The notes beneath the pieces were generated by a model that had not been told where the DNA came from, ran no database searches, and saw only the letters and a list, made by a program, of their open reading frames with translations. A stretch of 64,000 nucleotides of DNA, taken from NCBI GenBank assembly GCA_903880005.1, contig CAIRNV010000291.1:22265-86264 (forward strand). The letters are read 5' to 3'. Source of the stretch: an uncultured Verrucomicrobiota bacterium (GTDB taxonomy: Bacteria; Verrucomicrobiota; Verrucomicrobiia; Limisphaerales; UBA9464). The translations under genes were made by a program, and so were the position numbers. This document shows positions 19,921-31,848 of the stretch, in pieces (the first letter of the stretch is position 1; each line of letters begins with the position of its first letter).

Positions 19921-20082
19921 ACGGATGTTTCTCCCATTGTTGAAGGGCTCCGCATCGCCACGCCCTGCGGCCAAATGCAGGGAACGCTGAGATGCACAAA
20001 AACCCTTCCCATTACCTTCGCAAGAAGGCCGAAGCATCTTTCAACCATTCTCAACATTTGTTGGGACCCGCGACACCGCCCG

Positions 20083-23000
20083 TCATTCGACGGTCAAGGA
20101 CACGAGGAAAGGGCGAGACCGGCCCTCGCCGACGACGAAGTCGAGGGCTTCAATGGACTGGGCGGGCTCCGGGTTAAGCCAAGTGAATCGAAACAACTGC
20201 GGCCTACGGCCGGATGGGCCGGATGGACGGGTGGGTGAGGACCACGCGACGGCTCGCGCCGAGGTCATGGTCGAGGCGGCCGCAGGGGCCTGGGGGCGGT
20301 CCAACCCGATCGGGAACCCACGAACCGTTCCGTTTGCGAACCGGACCCGCAGGCGGCCGTCTTCCTCTCCTGGTTCCACGAGGTCGCCGTCCACGCCATG
20401 CAGGATGTGCAGGCAACGACAAGGCCTGCCCACGGGAATGCCATGAACCGCCGTCAGGGGAAACGACCCGAAGAGGGGAGCGGCCCTCGCATGCACCATG
20501 CTGCCGAACGTCGGCGGTTCGAGGCGCACCAGGCCCCGGATGTCGAAGGGGATGCCATCGAGAAGGACATGGCCCCGGGGTAGCTCGCGGAACCCGGCCT
20601 GCGGCAACATGTCCAGGGCGTGGGTATAGAAGCGGGCCAGGTTGAGCACGTTGGAGGGCGAGGCCCCGTCGCGCGGTGGAACGGCCAGTCCAGCAAGGAG
20701 CGCTTCCACCGGTCGCTGCGCCTCGGGTGAAACCACGGCCGCCGCCTGCCGGGCATGGAACCGGGCCACCTCCCAGCCGGGGATGGACTCGGCCGCGGTG
20801 GATCGGGCGAGATGCCACCGGGCGGGGTTGGGCGCGGGCATTTCGGGGGCCCATCCCGAGGCGGCCCGAACGCGTTGCTCCCATGTGGCGAGGGCCTCGG
20901 GGTTCATCCACTCCAGGCCGCCTTCCTTGGGGCGACGACCGGAGAGAAGGACGGCCGCATCCAAGAGGGTGGGGGCCGGGGCGACGGCCGGGCTTAGGTC
21001 CCATGTGCGCACGACGCCCTTGCCATCGCAGGTCACCAGGCGATCCCCGCTGGCGAAGGCCGCGAAACGGACCTTTTCAGGATGGGACATCCACGGCGTG
21101 ACGGGTTCCCCGGTGTCGGCGTCGGCCACCCACACGCGGCCATCGGAGTGCGAGGCGACGACCCAGCGGCCGTCGGGGCTGAAGTCGGAAACCGGGGACG
21201 CAAGACCCTCCTGGGGACCGGGGACCGGGTAGAGAGTCGAGCGGTCCAAGTCGATGATGGCGAACCGGCCGTCATCCTGTTCCACGAGCAATTGGCGACG
21301 GCGCGGGTTCCATTTGAGGGAGGTTGAGCGGACCCCCTCCCTGAAAGGAAACGCGAGCCAGGATCCCCTGCCCTCCTGCCATTGGAGGATGCGGATGCGG
21401 TGATCGGAGGTCCGCACGGCGACGAGGGGTTCCCGTGGATGGCAGGCATGGCTCGTGACGGGGCCATCCACGGTGCATCGCCCCAAGACGGGCCGAGGCT
21501 GCTCCCATGAGCAGAAGAACAATTCGTTTCGCGTGGAGGTCTCGGTCCAAAACACGGTCTTGGAGTCGAATGAGAACGCCGGAAGGACGACCGCCGCCGT
21601 GGGATCGACTCGTGGCAACGCCACCTCGCGTTCGATCTGGCCGTTGTCGGCGCGCCATGAGCGAACCCATCCGGCACGGTCCACCGTGACGAGGCGGGAG
21701 GCATCTGGCGTGAAGTGAGAGGCGGCCGGCGCGACCGCATGCGCCAGCGGTTGCCATGTCCATCCTTCCGGCCGCCAGGTCGTGAGGAGGACATCCTGAT
21801 GCCGGGCCGAGAAACCCATCAGCAGGTTCATGATCGCCCAGCGGTTCCCACGAGGAGCCGGGATGACCATGGCCGATGACGCGGGCATGGGGAGGTCCGG
21901 GGAGACATGGACGCGGCCCGTGGCCAGCTCGACGAACGAGAAGGCGGACGTCCCATCCTTCCCCATGATCGCCGCGACGCCGTCCTCCGCGACGAGGGCG
22001 GCGGGGTATGGGAAGCGCGGATGCGCCAACGCCGGCGGCACGCCCTTCAACGCGATGGGATCGGCATCCTCCGTCCGCGCCGTGACGTCCCAGACCCGGA
22101 TCAAGCCGTGTTGGGTGCCCGCGGCGAACCGCGTCGCATCCGGGCTGAACGCGACCGCATGGACCGCGCCCTCGACATGACATGGGTGGGTCACCGGGCT
22201 TCCCGACTGGATGTCCCAGGCCTGAACCCATCCATGGTCGGAACCCATCACGATCAGGCCGCCATCCGGGCCCATGGCATGGCTGATGGAATGGCCGCTC
22301 GGGAGGGCCATGGCTGGAAAGACATTCAGGCCGTCCGCGGCCGAACGCACGGACAGGCCGCCGGGAACATCGGACAGCACGACGCGACGCCCGCCGGCGG
22401 CGATCATGCCCGTGACCGAGCGCATGCCCGGGCTTTGGACGAGGGGCCGGGACCGGGGCGAAGGCCCGAAGTCGAGGATGGAAACCGACGATCCCAAGGG
22501 GCCGTTGGCGGTCGTGACCAGCAACCGATCGTCCTGCGGCCAAAACGTGATGCCCTTCACGTTTTCAGCGAAGCGGAGGGCGGTTCCGTGGGGCGTGCCG
22601 TCCTCCACGCTCCAAACCCGGACGGTGCGGTCCGATCCGCTGCAACCCGAGGCGACGCGGGAGCCGTCCGGGCTGAAGGCGAGCGCGACGGGCATTTCAA
22701 GGTGGCCGCGAAGCGCGCGGCGAACCTGCCCCGTCGTCGTGTCGAGCAACTGGACGTCGGGTTCGCCTCGGCGAACCACGGCGAGGGTGCGATCATCCGG
22801 GCTGAACACGCCCAGCTCGACCCCTTGCACCTCCATGCCGACGGGCTTCCCGCTGGAGGCGTCGAGCACGGCGGCCCGCGAGGACTTCCAGTCGGAGTAC
22901 TGCGGGTTGGTGGCCGTGGGGACCACGAGGACCCGCCGGCCGTCGCGGGAGAATCGGACATCGACGGCCCCGCCCATGCCATGAAAGCGACCCACGCATG

Positions 23001-24279
23001 AGCCCTCGCGCGCCTCCCAAATGCAGACAGAACCCGAGGCGTCGCCCGTCGCAAGGCGCCGTCCGTCCGGGCTGAACGCCACGGAGCAAACGGGGGCCGC
23101 GCCTGCGGCGATGGAGAGGACGGGGCGCGGGGAATGAACCAGGAGTTGGCGGAGACGGACCCTTTGGACGTGGGATTCGCGGGAATCGGATGGCAGGCCG
23201 GCCAGGGATTCCGCGAGCCGGAGCGCGGCGGCCCCGAGGTCCTCCGCCATCAGGTGTTGGACGCCTTCGGCCGCCTGACGACGGGCCTGGGCGACCCGAG
23301 CCCCGAGTTGATGGGCCGCCCGGCGTTGCAACAGGTCCACGCCCATCCATGACGCAGCCACGACGGCCGCCATGGCGACGGCCAGCCGGGCGCCGAGACG
23401 GAGGCGCCGCTGGTGGCGCAGGCGCTTCTGGAGGGAGCCGCCGGACCGGAGCAGGGCGAGGTCGGAGGCCATCTCGGCCGCCGACGGGTAGCGGTCCTCC
23501 CGGCGCGTCGCGCAGGCACGCAGCAGCACGGCATTGAGCTCCCGCAACAACGCCGCGTCGGGGCCCTCGCGCATCGCGGGGCCCGGGCTCGGGAAATCAC
23601 GGCGGTTCATGCCCGTGGCCGCCTCGTAAAGCACGATGCCCAGGCTGTAGAGGTCCGCCTGGGGCGAGTTGGGGCCCTCGGGGGGCACGTACCCTTCCGT
23701 GCCCACGAACGTCTTCGCCTCGGCCAACCCGGCCACGAGCCCGATGTCGGCGAGCTTGGGGCGGCCCCCAACCAGGACGATGTTCGCCGGCTTGATGTCG
23801 CGGTGAATGAGCTGCTGGCCGTGAAGCCGGGCCAGCGCGTCGGCCAGGACCCATCCAATCTCGATGCACTCGGCGGCGGGAATGCGCCGGCGTGAACGCA
23901 AGTCCGACGCCAGCGTCCGGGGCTGGTAACGCGCCGGGTCCATGGAAGGGGCAGCCGCGCCCGCCGACGCCATGTCGTCGGCCAGTTCCATCACGTAGTG
24001 GAAGCAACCCCCGACGGCATCCTCGCCGGTCTGCAAGATGTCCACGAAGCCCTCGTGGGACCGCGAGATTGGCTCGAAGCGGCGAACGCCCGAGAATTCG
24101 CGCTCATAGGAGGACACGTTCTCGAACACGTCGCGCCGCACGACCTTCACGGCCCGCCAGGCGCCTAGGACCGTCTGGGCCAGCCAAACCTGCCCGTAGC
24201 TCCCCTCGCCGATGCATCGGTGGACGGCGTGATCCGGGACCACAGGGCGGGCCGGTTCGCCCCGTTCGGCGTGCGTCAT
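20083..24279 (-). CDS. Ser/Thr protein kinase with WD40 beta-propeller repeats and a large C-terminal domain (~1398 aa)
   Basis: ATG at 24279 (MTHAERGEPARP). Kinase motifs IGEGSYGQVW, AVKVV, LIHRDIKPANIVL, KLADIGL and GTEGYVPPE are followed by a TM segment. Many WD40-like units follow (VAFSPDGRRLATGDASGSVCIWE, LAFSPDGSRVASG...VRVWS). The start overlaps the sigma gene stop as ATGA. Confidence 0.9.
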   Translation of the reverse strand: MTHAERGEPARPVVPDHAVHRCIGEGSYGQVWLAQTVLGAWRAVKVVRRDVFENVSSYEREFSGVRRFEPISRSHEGFVDILQTGEDAVGGCFHYVMELADDMASAGAAAPSMDPARYQPRTLASDLRSRRRIPAAECIEIGWVLADALARLHGQQLIHRDIKPANIVLVGGRPKLADIGLVAGLAEAKTFVGTEGYVPPEGPNSPQADLYSLGIVLYEAATGMNRRDFPSPGPAMREGPDAALLRELNAVLLRACATRREDRYPSAAEMASDLALLRSGGSLQKRLRHQRRLRLGARLAVAMAAVVAASWMGVDLLQRRAAHQLGARVAQARRQAAEGVQHLMAEDLGAAALRLAESLAGLPSDSRESHVQRVRLRQLLVHSPRPVLSIAAGAAPVCSVAFSPDGRRLATGDASGSVCIWEAREGSCVGRFHGMGGAVDVRFSRDGRRVLVVPTATNPQYSDWKSSRAAVLDASSGKPVGMEVQGVELGVFSPDDRTLAVVRRGEPDVQLLDTTTGQVRRALRGHLEMPVALAFSPDGSRVASGCSGSDRTVRVWSVEDGTPHGTALRFAENVKGITFWPQDDRLLVTTANGPLGSSVSILDFGPSPRSRPLVQSPGMRSVTGMIAAGGRRVVLSDVPGGLSVRSAADGLNVFPAMALPSGHSISHAMGPDGGLIVMGSDHGWVQAWDIQSGSPVTHPCHVEGAVHAVAFSPDATRFAAGTQHGLIRVWDVTARTEDADPIALKGVPPALAHPRFPYPAALVAEDGVAAIMGKDGTSAFSFVELATGRVHVSPDLPMPASSAMVIPAPRGNRWAIMNLLMGFSARHQDVLLTTWRPEGWTWQPLAHAVAPAASHFTPDASRLVTVDRAGWVRSWRADNGQIEREVALPRVDPTAAVVLPAFSFDSKTVFWTETSTRNELFFCSWEQPRPVLGRCTVDGPVTSHACHPREPLVAVRTSDHRIRILQWQEGRGSWLAFPFREGVRSTSLKWNPRRRQLLVEQDDGRFAIIDLDRSTLYPVPGPQEGLASPVSDFSPDGRWVVASHSDGRVWVADADTGEPVTPWMSHPEKVRFAAFASGDRLVTCDGKGVVRTWDLSPAVAPAPTLLDAAVLLSGRRPKEGGLEWMNPEALATWEQRVRAASGWAPEMPAPNPARWHLARSTAAESIPGWEVARFHARQAAAVVSPEAQRPVEALLAGLAVPPRDGASPSNVLNLARFYTHALDMLPQAGFRELPRGHVLLDGIPFDIRGLVRLEPPTFGSMVHARAAPLFGSFPLTAVHGIPVGRPCRCLHILHGVDGDLVEPGEEDGRLRVRFANGTVRGFPIGLDRPQAPAAASTMTSARAVAWSSPTRPSGPSGRRPQLFRFTWLNPEPAQSIEALDFVVGEGRSRPFLVSLTVE

Positions 24280-24929
24280 GGCACGGGAGGGTCGGCCTCC
24301 TTGAAGGCCTCGATGGCGCTGCGGAGCTTTCGGCCCAGCCGATGCCGCACGAGGTACACCTGCGCACGGTTGATCCCGAGGGTCTGGGCGATCTCGGATT
24401 CCTCGATGCCGTCGATGACGCTCATGTGCAGGATTTGGTAGTGGGCCGGGCTCGTGGAACGACGGACGCTTTCCATGCCCGCCAGGAGCAGGTGCTCGCG
24501 CCATAGGTCGTCCCATTTCGCCTCAAATGGGGAGTCGCTTGAATCGACGCCGTGCCCCGGCAAGGCCGGGGCGGAAGGGAAATCCAATCGACCGCCCTCG
24601 GTCCCGCGCACGGTTCCCCGGTTGCGCCGCATGTGGTCGATGACCCGCATCTTCGCGATGTGGCAAACCCACGACGCGAAGGAGCCCTTGGAACGGTCAT
24701 AGACGAACCCGGGAATGCTGCGTGCCACCGAGAGCAACGTGTCCTGCACGACGTCGTCCGCATCCTCGTCGCGTAGGCCCGCCTTGACGGAGGCCGCGCG
24801 GATGACGCGGCCGTAATCGGAAAGGAACTGCCGCCAGCTCTCGTGGTCGGCCCAGTCCTTGAGTCGTTCGAGAAAGCTGGACCGCGTCGGCGGCCTGTCA
24901 GGAACGAAGGTCCCCATGTCGCGCGTCAT
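24276..24929 (-). CDS. ECF-type RNA polymerase sigma-70 family factor
   Basis: ATG at 24929 (MTRDMGTF), or at 24917. The region 2-like segment is DDVVQDTLLSVARSIPGFVYDRSKGSFASWVCHIAKMRVIDHMRR. The region 4 HTH is EIAQTLGINRAQVYLVRHRLGRKLR. Confidence 0.85.
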   Translation of the reverse strand: MTRDMGTFVPDRPPTRSSFLERLKDWADHESWRQFLSDYGRVIRAASVKAGLRDEDADDVVQDTLLSVARSIPGFVYDRSKGSFASWVCHIAKMRVIDHMRRNRGTVRGTEGGRLDFPSAPALPGHGVDSSDSPFEAKWDDLWREHLLLAGMESVRRSTSPAHYQILHMSVIDGIEESEIAQTLGINRAQVYLVRHRLGRKLRSAIEAFKEADPPVP

Positions 24930-25016
24930 GTCCTGTTGAAGGTTTCTTGCCAGAGCCCGCCCGCCGAATTGAGGCGGCCATCCACCCTTTTTTCCAGAGC
25001 AATTGTGCCGGCACTT

Positions 25017-25183
25017 AGCCGTAACGACCCTCTTGGATCGGTCGTGCTTGCTCGATCTGCCTCTGCAAATCCTTCGTCCTTCGCTCGTTACGGGCCGCGA
25101 GCTGGCCCGCGCCTCGCTCACTCCTCGGCTTGCGCAAGCATCTGCTTCGCAATCACTTCCCTCCCAACTGAATCGTCCCGGCT
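25017..25183. repeat. MITE-like element, long form, inverted orientation (copy 3)
   Basis: agccgtaacgaccctcttggatcggtcgtgcttgctcgatctgc...cgcaatcacttccctcccaactgaatcgtcccggct. It fills most of the 293-nt gap between the mutS stop and the ECF sigma start. Confidence 0.85.
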
Positions 25184-25222
25184 TGGCCCCATGGCGCATC
25201 CCGACGAGGCCCTTGGGGACGC

Positions 25223-27937
25223 TCAATCGGCGCCCGGCGTTGGGCTCGACTGCGGCGTCCCCGGGGCCCCGGCCGTATCGGCCGGCCATGCGCCGAGGAA
25301 GAGGTCCATTTGCCGGGTGGGTGCCAGCGCCTGGAGCCGACGAGGCCCACGAGATCTCGGGGCGGGGGCGGAGGGGGCATCCGTTGGCGGGGCGGGCGAC
25401 CTGGCGCTCATCAGGGCCTGGAGGTTCAGCTCGCTTTCCTCCAGGACGCGGAGGACGTCCTTGGCGCGGTCGATCACGGGCTGCGGGACGCCGGCCAGCC
25501 GGGCGACCTGGACGCCGTAGCTCTTGTCGGTGCCCCCCGGCAGCACCTTGCGGAGGAAGACCACCTCGTCATTCCACTCGCGGACGGCCACGTGGAAGTT
25601 GGCGACCCTCGGGAGGCGGGTGCCCGGGGCCAGGTCAGGGGAAGCGGCGGCGGCGGCGGGGTCGTTCCATCCCAGCTCGGTGAGCTCGTGGTAATGGGTG
25701 GCAAAGAGGGTCTTGGCCCCAACTTGATGGTGCAGGTGCTCCACGATGCTCCACGCGAGGCTGAGGCCGTCGAACGTGCTCGTGCCGCGCCCGATCTCGT
25801 CGAGGATCACCAGCGAGCGGCGGGTGGCGTTGTTGAGGATGTTGGCGGCCTCGCTCATCTCGACCATGAAGGTGCTCTGGCCCCGCGCGAGGTCGTCGGA
25901 CGCGCCAATCCGGGTGAAGATGCGGTCGAGGAGATCCACGCGGGCGGCGGCGGCGGGGAGGAAGGCGCCGGTGTGCGCCATGAGGGCGAGCAAGGCGACC
26001 TGGCGGATGTAGGTGCTCTTGCCGGCCATGTTGGGGCCGGTGATGAGCATGACCTGCCGGGCCGACGGATCGAGATCGACGTCGTTGGGGACAAACCGTT
26101 CGCCGCCTTGCGCGGCCTCGAGCACCGGATGGCGGCCATCGCGAACGTCGAGGATGCCCTCGTCGCCCACCTCAGGACGGCAATGGCCCCTCAGGCGGGC
26201 GACCTCGGCGAAGGCGGCCAGGACGTCGAGTTGCGCGGCGGCATCGGCGGTGGCCTGGCACGGAGGGAGCTGGGCGAGGACCTCCTCGCGAAGCTTGAGG
26301 AAGATCTCGTGCTCGAGCCGTTGGGCCCGTTCCTGCGCGCCCAGGATCTTTTGCTCCATCGCCTTCAGCTCCGGGGTGATGAAGCGCTCGCCGTTGGCGA
26401 CGGTCTGCTTGCGGATGTACTCGGGCGGGACCTTGGACAGGTGGGCCTTGGTGACCTCGATGAAGTATCCAAAGACGGCGTTGAACCCGACCTTGAGGCT
26501 GGGGATGCCGGCGCGCGCGGCCTCCTCCTGCTGCATCCTCGCGATCCAGTCCTTGCCGCCGGAGGACAAGGCCCGCAGCTCGTCGAGCTCGGGGCTGAAC
26601 CCCTCGCGGATCATCCCGCCCTCCTTGATCGCCATGGGAGGCTCGTCCACGAGGCCGCGCGAGAGGACGTCGGCCAGAGCGGGCAAGGGCTGGAGGGCGG
26701 ACGCGAGCTGGGACAGGAGGGGCGAGGGATTGGAGGCGGCCACCTGCTCGACGAGTTGGCGAAGGCCCGGGACCTGGGCGAGCCCGGCCCGAAGCGCGGC
26801 GAGGTCGCGGGCGTTGCCACCGCCGGAGGACAGGCGCCCCAGGGTGCGCTCGAGGTCGCGCAGCTCCCGCAGCGACTCGCGGAAGGCGTCGAGGCCGGCC
26901 CCGGCATCCAGCCACGACTGGACCGCCTGCTGCCGCGCATGGATCGATCCGACCGACGCCAGGGGCTGGGTCAGCCAGTCGCGCAGGCGACGCGCACCCA
27001 TGGGCGTGACGGTGCGGTTCAGGGCCGAAAACAAGGTCGTGTCGCGTCCGGCGTCCGGGCGCAGGGGCTCGATCACCTCCAGGTTGCGCAGCGAGACGGT
27101 GTCGAGGACGAGGTAGTCCGAGACCTCGTAGCACCGGATCCGGGTCAGGTGCGCGACGTCTCGACGAAGCTGTTGGACGAGGTAATGGAGGACGGCGCCG
27201 GCCGCCGCCACGGCCGCCAGGCGTCCGCGAAGCCCAAAGCCATCGAGGGACCCCACCTTGAAGTGCTCTTGCAAGGTGAACGGCGCGGTCTCGGGCCCGA
27301 ACACCCAGTCCTCATGGGGGGTGACGATGCGGCCGTCGGCGGCGCGAAGGGAGGCGTCCGCGGGACCCTGCGAACGTTCGACGCCCAGCAGGACGTGGAG
27401 GGCATCATCGCCGGACGGCACGAGGATTTCCGCCGGGCGAAGCCTTTCCAGCTCGGCACGCAGGGCCTTGTCGTCAGGGAGCTCCGTGGCACGAAAGTCT
27501 CCGGTGGTGAGGTCCACGAGAGCCAGGCCGAAACGCCCGGATTGCCGGGCGACGCACGCGAGGAAGTTGTTGCGGTCGGCGCTGAGGAGGCGGTCGTCGA
27601 AGTGGGTGCCGGGCGAGAGCACCTGGGAGACGGCGCGCTGGACGAGCTTGCCGGGCTTGGCCTCCTCCATTTGGTCGCACACGGCCACCTTGCGCCCGGC
27701 CTTGAGGAGGCGGCCCACGTAGGCATGGGCGGCGTGGTAGGGGATGCCGCACATCGGGATGCCGTTGCGGCGGGTGAGGGCGACGTTGAGCAGCCCCGCG
27801 GCGGCCTGGGCGTCCTCGAAGAAGAGCTCGTAGAAGTCGCCGAGCCGGAACAGCAGCAAGGCGTCCTTGGGGAGGCCCGACTTGATTTGCCGGTACTGCG
27901 CCATCATGGGCGTCAAGGTGGACTCGGTTCCTGCCAT
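25223..27937 (-). CDS. mutS: DNA mismatch repair protein MutS
   Basis: 904-aa ORF with TPMMAQYRQIK...LFRLGDFYELFFEDA at the N-terminus and the Walker A motif ITGPNMAGKSTYIRQ. DEIGRGTSTFDG is also present. Confidence 0.95.
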   Translation of the reverse strand: MAGTESTLTPMMAQYRQIKSGLPKDALLLFRLGDFYELFFEDAQAAAGLLNVALTRRNGIPMCGIPYHAAHAYVGRLLKAGRKVAVCDQMEEAKPGKLVQRAVSQVLSPGTHFDDRLLSADRNNFLACVARQSGRFGLALVDLTTGDFRATELPDDKALRAELERLRPAEILVPSGDDALHVLLGVERSQGPADASLRAADGRIVTPHEDWVFGPETAPFTLQEHFKVGSLDGFGLRGRLAAVAAAGAVLHYLVQQLRRDVAHLTRIRCYEVSDYLVLDTVSLRNLEVIEPLRPDAGRDTTLFSALNRTVTPMGARRLRDWLTQPLASVGSIHARQQAVQSWLDAGAGLDAFRESLRELRDLERTLGRLSSGGGNARDLAALRAGLAQVPGLRQLVEQVAASNPSPLLSQLASALQPLPALADVLSRGLVDEPPMAIKEGGMIREGFSPELDELRALSSGGKDWIARMQQEEAARAGIPSLKVGFNAVFGYFIEVTKAHLSKVPPEYIRKQTVANGERFITPELKAMEQKILGAQERAQRLEHEIFLKLREEVLAQLPPCQATADAAAQLDVLAAFAEVARLRGHCRPEVGDEGILDVRDGRHPVLEAAQGGERFVPNDVDLDPSARQVMLITGPNMAGKSTYIRQVALLALMAHTGAFLPAAAARVDLLDRIFTRIGASDDLARGQSTFMVEMSEAANILNNATRRSLVILDEIGRGTSTFDGLSLAWSIVEHLHHQVGAKTLFATHYHELTELGWNDPAAAAASPDLAPGTRLPRVANFHVAVREWNDEVVFLRKVLPGGTDKSYGVQVARLAGVPQPVIDRAKDVLRVLEESELNLQALMSARSPAPPTDAPSAPAPRSRGPRRLQALAPTRQMDLFLGAWPADTAGAPGTPQSSPTPGAD

Positions 27938-27984
27938 CGCCTCGACAGACTACGGACACCGGGCGGCGCGGAAAAGGATGCTTA

Positions 27985-28065
27985 CCCGGAACGATTCAGT
28001 TGGATCGGTCGTGCTGGCTCGATCTGCTTCGCCATCACTTCCCTCCCAACGGAATCGTCCCGGCT
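27985..28065. repeat. MITE-like element, short form (~81 bp, copy 4)
   Basis: cccggaacgattcagttggatcggtcgtgctggctcgatctgcttcgccatcacttccctcccaacggaatcgtcccggct. This is the two ends of the long form, without the ~85-bp internal module. Confidence 0.8.
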
Positions 28066-28144
28066 TCGGCCCCTCGAACCGGGCGTTCCTGGGCCCGGAC
28101 GAACGCTCTCGCCCGCCGGGCATGGGTGTGGTTGCGTCTCGGCC

Positions 28145-28921
28145 ATGTTGAACACGGAACCTTTGGTGGCGTTCATCCGGGAACTCGCGGACGCCAGCGC
28201 GCGCGAAATCCTGCCGTACTTCGGCCGCAGGGAGATGGGGCTGGAGATGAAGTCGGACGACACCCCGGTGACGGTGGCGGACCGCGAGGCCGAGCGCGTG
28301 ATGCGGCGGATGATTGAGGCCCGCTTCCCGGGGCATGGGATCGTGGGCGAGGAATTCGGGACGGTGCGCGGCGACGCGGAGTTCGTGTGGGTGCTGGACC
28401 CGATTGACGGCACGAAGTCCTTCATCTCGGCGGTGCCGCTGTTCGGGACCTTGATCGGCCTGCTCCACGAGGGGACCCCCCTGCTGGGTTGCATCCACCA
28501 ACCCGTGCTGCGCCAGCTCATGATCGGGGACGGCCAAGTGACGACGCTCAATGGGTCGCCCGTACGGGCCCGCGCGTGCCGGTCGTTGGCCGACGCGACG
28601 ATGGTGGTGACGGACCCGTTGCATCCCGGGCAGTACCGGGACGGGGCGCGCTACGACGCGTTGTCGAGGAAGGTGCGGGTGGTGCGGACGTGGGGGGATT
28701 GCTACGGCTACCTGCTGGTGGCGGCGGGATGGGCGGACCTGATGGTGGACCCGATCATGAACCCGTGGGACTTGCAGCCGGTGATCCCGATCATCCGGGG
28801 ATCGGGGGCCATGATCACGCAGTGGGCCGGGGGCCCGGCGGAGGCCCGGGGCGCGGACTCCGCGATCGCGGCGACGCCGGGCGTGCACGCGGAGGCCTTG
28901 GCCGTGTTGAACGGGGCCTGA
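28145..28921 (+). CDS. inositol monophosphatase family protein (possibly histidinol-phosphatase type)
   Basis: ATG at 28145 inside track ORF 25310..28921 (MLNTEPLVAFIRELADAS). IMPase motifs are present: DDTPVTVADREAE, WVLDPIDGTKSF and WDLQP. Confidence 0.85.
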   Translation: MLNTEPLVAFIRELADASAREILPYFGRREMGLEMKSDDTPVTVADREAERVMRRMIEARFPGHGIVGEEFGTVRGDAEFVWVLDPIDGTKSFISAVPLFGTLIGLLHEGTPLLGCIHQPVLRQLMIGDGQVTTLNGSPVRARACRSLADATMVVTDPLHPGQYRDGARYDALSRKVRVVRTWGDCYGYLLVAAGWADLMVDPIMNPWDLQPVIPIIRGSGAMITQWAGGPAEARGADSAIAATPGVHAEALAVLNGA

Positions 28922-28952
28922 GCCGGAACGATTCGGTTGGATCGTTACGGCT
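28921..28952. repeat. hairpin-only minimal copy of the MITE-like termini (copy 5)
   Basis: AGCCGGAACGATtcggttggATCGTTaCGGCT. The two inverted termini are joined directly, and the copy starts at the last base of the IMPase TGA stop. Confidence 0.6.
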
Positions 28953-29054
28953 GAGCCGGAGGCGAATCCGCGGCGCCGTCACGTCGGGCTTCCATCGCGC
29001 GTTTTTCCGGGATTCCCCACGGGGCCGTCCTTGGGGCAAGCTCGGGGCTACGTC

Positions 29055-31774
<2,720 letters not shown>

Positions 31775-31775
<1 letters not shown>

Positions 31776-31847
31776 GCCGGAAAGCCTCAGTTGGATCGGT
31801 CGTCCTTGCTTGATCTGCTTCGCCATCACTTCCCTCCCAATTGAACC
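31775..31847. repeat. MITE-like element, short form with degenerate right end (copy 6)
   Basis: agccggaaagcctcagttggatcggtcgtccttgcttgatctgcttcgccatcacttccctcccaattgaacc. It starts at the last base of the valS TGA stop. Confidence 0.7.
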
Positions 31848-31848
31848 T

